DNA from: Candidatus Magasanikiibacteriota bacterium
GTDB lineage: Bacteria; Patescibacteriota; Patescibacteriia; Magasanikbacterales; UBA922
Direction: 5' to 3'
NCBI GenBank assembly: GCA_021648085.1
Contig: JAKITS010000001.1
Location: forward strand, 541,671 to 605,670
Length of the DNA: 64,000 bases
The notes below the pieces were generated by a model that ran no database searches, was not told the origin of the DNA, and saw nothing but the letters and a program-made list of their open reading frames with translations. The translations under genes were made by a program, and so were the position numbers. This document shows, piece after piece, positions 20,289 through 28,310 of this stretch (the stretch's first letter is position 1; each line of letters starts with the position of its first letter).

Positions 20289-21656
20289 TTAAGATAAAAA
20301 TACTTTCAACTCCTCAACCTTATCTTTAACTTCTTCTTTGTTTCTCGCCTCCAAATTCAATCTTAATACCGGCTCTGTGTTTGATTTTCGTAAACTAAGC
20401 CAACCCCAATCAAATCTCATCCACAACCCATCCAAATATGAAGTCTCCAAAGCAGAATCTTTAAAACTCTCTTCTACTTTTTTCATTACACCATCTTTAT
20501 CTTCTACTTCAAAATTTATCTCGTCTGAATGAACATATCTTTTGAATGGTTTTATCAATTCACTAAGTTTTTTACCTTCACGAGACATAATATGTAAAAA
20601 GTAAAGCAAAGATAAATCTGTAGATTCTAAATCATAAACATCACTATAATAAAGATGTAAGGATAACTCACCAGCAAAAACAGCTCCTGTTTTTTTCATT
20701 AGATCCTTAATTAGAGCATGACCTACCATACACATTTGAGTCTTTGCACCATTCTCCTCCCAAATTTCTTTTACAGATTGGCTTAGGCGCAAGTCATAAA
20801 GCATTACAGAATTTGGATGTTTCGCTAAAACTTCCAAACCAACCAAACCACCAACAAAAGATGCTGGTACCACTTCCCCGTTTTCATCCACCAAACCAAT
20901 CCTATCTGCATCACCATCAAAAGCAAAGCCAAAGTCCGCTCCAACTTCTACCACTTTTTTCTGTAAATCTTTTAATGTTTCTACTTTCAAAGGATTAGCC
21001 TCGTGATTTGGAAAAGTTCCATCTGGCTCCATATACATATACTCCACTTCTATTGGCAACTCTGCCAAAACTTTTGGAATAGAAACATCTGCCATCCCAT
21101 TTCCCCCATCCACCACAATTTTAAGTGGCTTAATACTTTCTTTTGGAACAAGTGAAAAAATTAAATTTTTATAATCTTCAAAAATACTTTTATCCTCTAC
21201 CCCTCCTTTTTCTTCCGCATCTTTAAATTCATAATTTAAAACTAAATCTTTTATTTCATCCATTCCAGTCACCTTTCCAACCGGCAAACCATTTTCTTGT
21301 GTAATTTTGAAACCATTGTATTCTGAAGGGTTATGACTTGCTGTCACCATAATTCCACCAACATGCTCCGAATAATGCGCGCATGCAAAGTTAAAAAGTG
21401 GTGTACTCGTTAGGCCAATTTTTACCACATCAATACCTTCGTAATTTATTCCTTTTATCACCGCATTTGCAAACTCTTCGCTTGTCTCACGCATATCTTT
21501 TCCAACCACTATTTTTTTACCAGAAAAATCTATATTTTTATTTTTCAAAAAAACGACAAAAGCTCTCCCAACCCTATACGCAAACTCGGCAGACAAATCA
21601 CCATTTACCAACCCACGAATATCATATGCTTTGAAAATTTTGTTATTGAACCTCAT
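20289..21656 (-). CDS. Phosphohexomutase (phosphoglucomutase/phosphomannomutase/GlmM family)
   Basis: 455 aa; active-site TASHNPSEYNGFK, Mg site DGDADR, sugar-binding GELSLH-like motif. Confidence 0.85.
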   Translation of the reverse strand: MRFNNKIFKAYDIRGLVNGDLSAEFAYRVGRAFVVFLKNKNIDFSGKKIVVGKDMRETSEEFANAVIKGINYEGIDVVKIGLTSTPLFNFACAHYSEHVGGIMVTASHNPSEYNGFKITQENGLPVGKVTGMDEIKDLVLNYEFKDAEEKGGVEDKSIFEDYKNLIFSLVPKESIKPLKIVVDGGNGMADVSIPKVLAELPIEVEYMYMEPDGTFPNHEANPLKVETLKDLQKKVVEVGADFGFAFDGDADRIGLVDENGEVVPASFVGGLVGLEVLAKHPNSVMLYDLRLSQSVKEIWEENGAKTQMCMVGHALIKDLMKKTGAVFAGELSLHLYYSDVYDLESTDLSLLYFLHIMSREGKKLSELIKPFKRYVHSDEINFEVEDKDGVMKKVEESFKDSALETSYLDGLWMRFDWGWLSLRKSNTEPVLRLNLEARNKEEVKDKVEELKVFLS

Positions 21657-21767
21657 ACTTCTAAATTTACTTGAATTATATAGTGAATTTTGTTATATTT
21701 TATATATAAATCTCTTAAAGACTATATTTTTAATATTAAACAATAACATTATTGTATCACACTTACT

Positions 21768-24281
21768 ATGATTGAATCTGAACAATTTTTGGAAAATCTG
21801 TCAACACACCTCCGAAACACGATTACTGGCGGATTGACTCTCGCCACCACTTTAAACCATTGTGAGGTTAGTCCAGCTCACCTTCTTTTTGCGCTTGCAG
21901 AAGAGAAAGGTTCTGTTGGGATAGAAATTCTCAAAAAATTAAAAGTTGATAAAAAATTAATTTTTAATCTTCTTTCCATAACTCCAAAAACAGAAAAAGA
22001 TAAAGAAACAAAAAAACCAAAAATTCCAGAACTAAGTGAGACAGCAAAAAGAGCTTTGGAAAAAGCAATGCTTTTGGCTTATGAAGAAGAGCATGTTTAT
22101 GTTGGCACAGAACACCTACTATTTGGACTTGTAAACTGTGAAGATGTAAATATTGAATCCATTCTAAAGCAAGCTGGAGTAAGTATTGAAACAGCTGAAG
22201 AACAAATTGATATAGTTTTGGAAAGTACAAACAAATTTCCAAATTTGGACGATGTAAAAAATACTTTAGAGCAAATTAGTCGTCTTGCAAATTCTAGAGA
22301 TTTTAATAAAAATAAAACAAAAAAAGGAAAAAATAAAAAAAGGAAAAATTCTATACTAGGAGAATTTACAACAGATCTTACTCATAAAAATTCTCAAAAA
22401 AATCTAGATCCTGTAGTTGGTCGCGAACAAGAAATAACTAGAATTATTCACATACTTTCTCGTAGAACAAAAAATAATCCGGTTTTAGTTGGAGAGCCTG
22501 GGGTTGGAAAAACAGCAATTATTGAAGGTCTTGCGAGACGAATTGCAGATGGAGATGTGCCATACAATTTGCGAGGTAAAAAATTACTCTCACTCGATCT
22601 TACACTATTAATTTCTGGAACAATTTACAGAGGAGAGTTTGAGGCAAGACTAAAACAGGTAATAGACGAAATTTCTGCAAATTCAAAATATATTCTTTTT
22701 ATAGATGAGCTCCACAATATAATAGGAACTGGCTCAAACCAAGGAACAATGGATGCAGCAAACATTTTAAAACCAGCACTCGCTCGCGGAAAATTGCGCT
22801 GTATCGGTGCTACCACATTAGATGAATACAAAAAATACATATCTACAGATCCTGCACTAGAACGCAGATTTCAATCTATAGAAATAGATGAGCCAAGTAT
22901 CGAGGAAGCTAAAACAATTCTACACGGAATAAAACCTCATTACGAAAAATTTCATGATGTGGACATTACAGACTCTGCGATAGAAAAAGCTGTGGAATTT
23001 TCAACAAGATTTATTCACGAAAACTTCCTACCAGACAAAGCAATAGACCTAATAGACGAGGCTTGTGCTTTTGTTCGCACAAAATTGAAAAATCCAATAG
23101 ACGAAAAAATTCATAATTTTAAAAAAGAACTTAGTGATTTGAAAGAAGAAAAAAGTAAAGCAATATCACAAGAAAAATTTAAACTTGCCGGAGAATTGAA
23201 AAAATCGGAAAAAGATATTAAAGTAAAAATTAAAAAACTAAAAAAACAAAAATTTAACAAAAAAACTGGAAATCTTCCAAAAGTTGAAGTTGGGCATATT
23301 GCAGAAGTTTTAAGCGCAAGATTAAATATAGAAAAAGAGAATTTACTTGCAGACGACTGGCAAAGAGTAGAAAAAACTTCAAAACAATTGAACCAACACA
23401 TAAAAGGACAGACTCATGTTGTAGAAGAAATAAAGCAAAAACTTAGTCAAAGTTATCTAGGACTTGGAAATAAAAACAAACCACTTGCGTCATTTTTGTT
23501 TGTGGGACCAAGCGGAGTTGGTAAAACTTACACAGCAAAAATACTTGCACAAACACTTTATAACAACAAAAAATCTCTTATCAAACTAGATATGAGTGAA
23601 TTTTCAGAATCACACAGCATTTCAAAAATCCTAGGCTCTCCTGCTGGATATGTTGGGCACGACAGTAGAAATAAATTTACAGAAGCTATCAAAAAAAGAC
23701 CTTATTCTGTAGTACTTTTCGATGAGTTTGACAAAGCTCATCCAGATGTTCGTAAACTACTACTTCAAATTTTGGACGAAGGAGAAATCACAGACAGCTC
23801 CGGAAAAAAAGTAAAATTCAATCATTCTATAATAATTCTAACTTCAAATGTGGGAGCAGAATTATACAAAAACACAGAAATTGGTTTTGGTAAAAATGTA
23901 TCTAAAACACTAGACGAAGAAAAAAGAAGACGAATTCACAATAAAGTAAAAAAATCTTTTGGTGGAGATGTTTTGAGTCGTTTAAATTCTGTTTGTATTT
24001 TCAACCAGCTAAGTCAAAAAAACATAGAGCAGATAATTGAAAAACAAATAATAGACATCAATAAAAAATTGCAAGATAAACGAAAAATAAATTTGGTAGT
24101 AAGTCGTGGTGCTTTAAAAGAATTAGCAAAAAATAAATATTCAGAAGATTTTGGAGCAAGAGATATTGAACGCAAAGTCACTCAGACAATTCAAGAATTA
24201 CTAATAAATGCTCTAAATAAAAAAACAGAACAGGATACATATTCACTACAAATCTCAGAAGGAAAATACGAACTTGTGTAA
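21768..24281 (+). CDS. clpC: ClpC-like AAA+ chaperone ATPase (two AAA modules, Clp_N repeats, IGF ClpP-docking tripeptide)
   Basis: 837 aa; Clp N-domain repeats, Walker A GEPGVGKT and GPSGVGKT, short middle domain, IGFG loop in AAA2. Confidence 0.88.
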   Translation: MIESEQFLENLSTHLRNTITGGLTLATTLNHCEVSPAHLLFALAEEKGSVGIEILKKLKVDKKLIFNLLSITPKTEKDKETKKPKIPELSETAKRALEKAMLLAYEEEHVYVGTEHLLFGLVNCEDVNIESILKQAGVSIETAEEQIDIVLESTNKFPNLDDVKNTLEQISRLANSRDFNKNKTKKGKNKKRKNSILGEFTTDLTHKNSQKNLDPVVGREQEITRIIHILSRRTKNNPVLVGEPGVGKTAIIEGLARRIADGDVPYNLRGKKLLSLDLTLLISGTIYRGEFEARLKQVIDEISANSKYILFIDELHNIIGTGSNQGTMDAANILKPALARGKLRCIGATTLDEYKKYISTDPALERRFQSIEIDEPSIEEAKTILHGIKPHYEKFHDVDITDSAIEKAVEFSTRFIHENFLPDKAIDLIDEACAFVRTKLKNPIDEKIHNFKKELSDLKEEKSKAISQEKFKLAGELKKSEKDIKVKIKKLKKQKFNKKTGNLPKVEVGHIAEVLSARLNIEKENLLADDWQRVEKTSKQLNQHIKGQTHVVEEIKQKLSQSYLGLGNKNKPLASFLFVGPSGVGKTYTAKILAQTLYNNKKSLIKLDMSEFSESHSISKILGSPAGYVGHDSRNKFTEAIKKRPYSVVLFDEFDKAHPDVRKLLLQILDEGEITDSSGKKVKFNHSIIILTSNVGAELYKNTEIGFGKNVSKTLDEEKRRRIHNKVKKSFGGDVLSRLNSVCIFNQLSQKNIEQIIEKQIIDINKKLQDKRKINLVVSRGALKELAKNKYSEDFGARDIERKVTQTIQELLINALNKKTEQDTYSLQISEGKYELV

Positions 24282-24285
24282 AAAA

Positions 24286-24545
24286 TTCTGTCCTTTTCTA
24301 ACTCCCAACCTCCTGAACATTTGAAATTTATGGACTAATTTTTTATAAATATTTATGGTTTTCTGAGAATACAGAAAATAACGAATTTAGCGAACTGCGG
24401 TGAGTTAAATAAATATTTAGAAAAAATTAAGCCATAAATTGTCAACCGTTCGGCACTTTTGGTTACCTTTTGGTGACAAAAGGTAAAGTGAGAAGGATTG
24501 GGTTTTAAATTTAAAGATTTTGTGAGTCGAAGATAAAATTTTTAA
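24286..24545 (+). repeat. SLR family copy A (long form), starts 5 bp after the clpC stop
   Basis: CCTCCTGAACATTTGAAATTTATGGACTAATTTTTTATAAATATTTATGG...GTTCGGCACTTTTGGTTACCTTTTGGTGACAAAAGGTAAAGTGAGAAGG; ends in a degenerate REP remnant GTGAGTCGAAGATAAAAT. Confidence 0.7.
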
Positions 24546-24621
24546 ATTAAACATTAGGATTACATAAAAAAAGTTTTTAATTATTATTTAAAATAATAAT
24601 TAAAAGTACTTCATAATTAGC

Positions 24622-24981
24622 TTGTCGGTTAAAATGGATAATACTTCACAAAATTGGGCAGTAGAACTGCAAAAACAAAAAACAAAACTCCAAAATAGTG
24701 GTGCTGATATTCAGGTTGAAAAAGAAAATAATGACTATGAGTTGAATAAAGTAAAAATAGATTTAATAAAATCCGCAGAAGAAAAAGATTTTAACAAAAT
24801 TGCAGAAAATTATAATAAATTGGTAGAGCTTTTTGCAAAAGAAACAGCCTTAAATCTACTAAATTTGGAAAAAAGATTTGGAACTGTAAATGAAATTGTG
24901 ATAAAAAACCAAGCGAAACTATTTACACAGGAATGTTTGGATGTAGCGCAAGCAGTTGATTCAATTTTAGATAGCAGCTAG
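24622..24981 (+). CDS. Hypothetical small protein (probable true start ATG at 24634), bracketed by SLR copies A and B
   Basis: 119-aa ORF (the track start is TTG); coiled-coil-like, no recognisable family. Confidence 0.45.
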   Translation: MSVKMDNTSQNWAVELQKQKTKLQNSGADIQVEKENNDYELNKVKIDLIKSAEEKDFNKIAENYNKLVELFAKETALNLLNLEKRFGTVNEIVIKNQAKLFTQECLDVAQAVDSILDSS

Positions 24982-25014
24982 ACTCCAGGCTTCCGACTTC
25001 AGTTTTTTATCATA

Positions 25015-25335
25015 TTGTTCTCTTCCTATCCTAAACCTCTCGAACATTTGAAATTTTTGGACTAATTTTTTATAAATATTTATGGTCCTTTTGAGAATAC
25101 AAAAGGATAGTGAGTGTAGCGAATTGCGGCGAGCCAAATAAATATTTATAAGAAATTAAGCCTAAAATTGTCATTAGTTCGGCGGTTTTAACTACCTTTT
25201 GGCAGCAAAAGGTAAGGTGAGAAAAACTTAGTTTTGAATTTAAATAAAAGTTTTACTCATATATCACGCTTAAGAGATTCTCGTCTGCCGGCGCGCAGGT
25301 CTCACTTTAGTTCGAAATGACAGAAAAAATAAATT
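25015..25335 (+). repeat. SLR family copy B (long form); its 3-prime module abuts the start of gene 25347
   Basis: About 85% identical to copy A over the shared 5-prime and central modules. 3-prime module CTGCCGGCGCGCAGGTCTCACTTTAGTTCGAAATGACAGAAA matches copy 41427. Confidence 0.7.
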
Positions 25336-25346
25336 AAACACAAAGT

Positions 25347-26405
25347 ATGGCAACTGCCGTAACAGCAGGACAACTTAAAAAAAGTGGGAGTCTTACGCGT
25401 TCTATTTTTGATAGTGGTGAATTTTTGCCAATTGTTGCTGTAGCTTTGAGGAGTATGGGTGCTGGTGGAGCAATTGCAGATGTGTTATCGAATATGAAAG
25501 GTTTTAGCATGAAAGATTTACTCGGAACAACAAAAACAATTGCAAAACAATATACTCCTGCGATGGCACAAAAAAAAATAATGAATGCTGGAAATAAAAT
25601 AAAGGATACTGGCAAAAAAATTAGTGATTCTGGAGCTTTCAAAGCCATAAAACAAAAAGCTGGTTTTGGAGACCACAGACCAAAACAAACAACTGATCCT
25701 GATTTTGCAACAGATGAACAACTTAGTCCAGAATTTGGAGGTGGAGACGAAAAAGAAGAAGAACAAGAAGAATCATCTTTTACAGAAGAACCGGATGAAA
25801 ATGAGGAAGATGAAGAAGATACTCCAGGAGAAAAACCATACCAGCCATTTTCTAAGCCAAAACCAGAAGAAGAAAAAGAAGAGCTAGACAAAAAAAAGAA
25901 AGAAAAACAAGAAAAAGAAAAAACTCCAAAAGAGAGCGATCAGGAAAGATCTAAAAAATTTCAACAAAGTAAAAACCAACAAAGATTAAGATCTAAAAAA
26001 GGAAATGGAAAAGAAGATGTTAAAAAGAGGAAAGGAGGAAAAGAAAAGAAGGAAAAGAAAGAGAAAGAAGGAAAAAAAGAATTTACAAATATAGAATTAA
26101 TAGTTTGGCTACCTTGTGCTATTGCAGCAGACATAGCATCTATTATTCCTTATGTTGGATTAGTTATTAGCTGGCCTTTTGGTATATCCTTTTTTATATT
26201 TAAATGGGTAAAAAAATTTAATAAATCTACCACAGTAATGGTTAGTGGTTTAGATGTAATTTTAGAAGGCTTTTTCTCTACTATTCCAGCGAATACAGCC
26301 GATGTGCTTATAACTTATTCTATTTCAAAAGCTAAAAAATATGGAGTTAAAATCCCTGATGCAGAAAAAAAACTAAAAAAAGTTACAGGCGCAAAACCAA
26401 AATAA
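25347..26405 (+). CDS. Hypothetical membrane protein with basic N-domain, highly acidic then lysine-rich low-complexity linker, and two C-terminal TM helices
   Basis: 352 aa; EEEQEESSFTEEPDENEEDEED followed by KKKEKQEKEK...KEKKEKKEKEGKK, then hydrophobic IELIVWLPCAIAADIASIIPYVGLVISWPFGISFFIF. First gene of a same-strand cluster. Confidence 0.6.
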   Translation: MATAVTAGQLKKSGSLTRSIFDSGEFLPIVAVALRSMGAGGAIADVLSNMKGFSMKDLLGTTKTIAKQYTPAMAQKKIMNAGNKIKDTGKKISDSGAFKAIKQKAGFGDHRPKQTTDPDFATDEQLSPEFGGGDEKEEEQEESSFTEEPDENEEDEEDTPGEKPYQPFSKPKPEEEKEELDKKKKEKQEKEKTPKESDQERSKKFQQSKNQQRLRSKKGNGKEDVKKRKGGKEKKEKKEKEGKKEFTNIELIVWLPCAIAADIASIIPYVGLVISWPFGISFFIFKWVKKFNKSTTVMVSGLDVILEGFFSTIPANTADVLITYSISKAKKYGVKIPDAEKKLKKVTGAKPK

Positions 26406-26471
26406 TAAAATTTAAAAAATAAGACTAAAGAGTGTGTTATAATTTAATTACTACATATCACAAATAAAAAT

Positions 26472-27689
26472 ATGGACAAAAAGCGTATAATTTTCATAGC
26501 GATATTTTCAGTAGCTGTAATAGGAATAGGATATCTTATGTATTCTATTTTTTGGAAATCTTCTGAACCAACAATAATACCACCAGATAAAACTGTCACC
26601 GATACCACAAAATTACCGTCTGGAGGATCTTTTGCACAAAGCGATGACAAGGAAATAAATGACACAACCACACCTGAAGTTGGAGGTGCAATAGTAATAA
26701 GACCTACAGAATTGCCAGATTCTGGAATAAGAGAGGTTACAAGAGTTGTTGCAGAAAATCTCATAAACCCAAAGATAAACTCAAATGGCGATGTAAATTT
26801 TTATAATACAATAGACGGAAAATTTTACACTTCACAAAATGGAGAAACAGTAGAAATGAGTGAACAAGTATTTTTTAATGTAGAAAATGTCGTATGGTCT
26901 GGAGTAAACAACGAATCCATCATCGAATATCCGGACGGCTCAAATATTTACTATAACTTTGATACAGAAGTACAAAGAACACTTCCAAAACATTGGGAAG
27001 ACTTTTCTTTTTCCAAACAAGGTGACCAAATAGTTGCAAAAAGTATAGGAATTTCACCAGAAAATAGATGGCTCGTGAGTAGCGATGCTGATGGAAATAA
27101 TGTAACTTTAATAGAATCACTCGGAGAAAATGCTGATAAAGTAACCGTAGACTGGTCACCAAACAAACAAATAATAGGAGTAAGTTTAGCTGGTGGAGTC
27201 GCAGGTGCAAACAGACAAGAAGTATTTTTTGTTGGTCAAAATGGAGAAAATTTTAAATCCATGATTGTAGAAGGAAGAGGTTTTGAATCTATTTGGTCGC
27301 CAAGTGGAGATAAGCTTTTATACAGTGTTTACAGTACACGAAGCCAGTACAAACCAGAATTATGGGTAGTGAGTAGTAAGGTTGGTAATATAGGCTCAAA
27401 CAGAAAAATGCTCGGCATAAATACTTGGGCAGACAAATGTGCATTTGGAGACGAAAGAAACCTTTACTGTGCAGTTCCAAACAACCTTCCAGTTGGTAGT
27501 GGTTTTAGTTCAGATTTAGCAAACACTGCCACATACACATTGATAAGAATAGATACACAAACAACACTTCAAACACCACTCCAAATGGATGAAATCCACA
27601 GCATCGACAAAATATTTTTATCCAATGATGGTGGTACGCTTTATTTTACAGACAAATTTGAATCAGGTTTATTTAGTATTTCAATATGA
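26472..27689 (+). CDS. Membrane-anchored TolB-like / PD40-type beta-propeller protein
   Basis: 405 aa; N-terminal TM helix; repeated WSPxxxxI/L blades (VDWSPNKQIIGVSL, IWSPSGDKLLYSV). Confidence 0.7.
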   Translation: MDKKRIIFIAIFSVAVIGIGYLMYSIFWKSSEPTIIPPDKTVTDTTKLPSGGSFAQSDDKEINDTTTPEVGGAIVIRPTELPDSGIREVTRVVAENLINPKINSNGDVNFYNTIDGKFYTSQNGETVEMSEQVFFNVENVVWSGVNNESIIEYPDGSNIYYNFDTEVQRTLPKHWEDFSFSKQGDQIVAKSIGISPENRWLVSSDADGNNVTLIESLGENADKVTVDWSPNKQIIGVSLAGGVAGANRQEVFFVGQNGENFKSMIVEGRGFESIWSPSGDKLLYSVYSTRSQYKPELWVVSSKVGNIGSNRKMLGINTWADKCAFGDERNLYCAVPNNLPVGSGFSSDLANTATYTLIRIDTQTTLQTPLQMDEIHSIDKIFLSNDGGTLYFTDKFESGLFSISI

Positions 27690-28309
27690 TAAAAACTAGA
27701 CATCTTTTTTTAGTTTTCATTCCAGCAATTGCTGTAGTTTCTTTTGCTTTATTTGTGCGAATAGTGCAATACGAACCAGTTTATGACAGAAATAAACCGC
27801 TAGACATTCCTCGACAAATGGCACAACTTTTCCCAGAAGATCCAATTTTAGGAAATAAGAAATCCCCAATTACATTAGTTGCTTTTGAAGATTTTAGCTG
27901 TCCTGCTTGCAGCACCCAATCAAAAATGCTAGATGATATATTGCTACAATACCCAAACAGTATAAAAATTATTTGGAAAAGTATAAGTACACATAAAAGT
28001 GAATTGGCAAATAATTATGCATATTGTGCAAACAAACAAAGAAAGTTTGCTGAATTCAAAAATCTTGCTTTTGCAAATCAAAACAATTTAAATATAGATA
28101 TTTTAAATATAATTTCTGAAACAATAGAATTAAACGAAACTAAATTAAACAAATGTTTAGCTTCTGGCGAAGCTGAAATTTATAATCAAAAAAATAGAGA
28201 CTTGGCAACTATTTTGCATGTGCAAGCTGTACCAACTTTTTTCTTGAACGATGTGCAACTTCAAACACCAAAATCTAGAGATGAATGGAAAAATGTTTTA
28301 GGACTATAA
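27686..28309 (+). CDS. DsbA-like thiol:disulfide oxidoreductase (thioredoxin fold, CPAC active site), membrane-anchored
   Basis: 207 aa; N-terminal TM helix; FEDFSCPACSTQ CxxC motif; start overlaps the upstream stop (ATGA). Confidence 0.75.
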   Translation: MIKTRHLFLVFIPAIAVVSFALFVRIVQYEPVYDRNKPLDIPRQMAQLFPEDPILGNKKSPITLVAFEDFSCPACSTQSKMLDDILLQYPNSIKIIWKSISTHKSELANNYAYCANKQRKFAEFKNLAFANQNNLNIDILNIISETIELNETKLNKCLASGEAEIYNQKNRDLATILHVQAVPTFFLNDVQLQTPKSRDEWKNVLGL

Positions 28310-28310
28310 T

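Noticed and set aside
25334-25891. 185-aa serine-rich ORF on the minus strand
   Set aside because: Entirely antisense to the low-complexity acidic/lysine-rich region of the 25347-26405 gene. It is a shadow ORF created by codon repetition.
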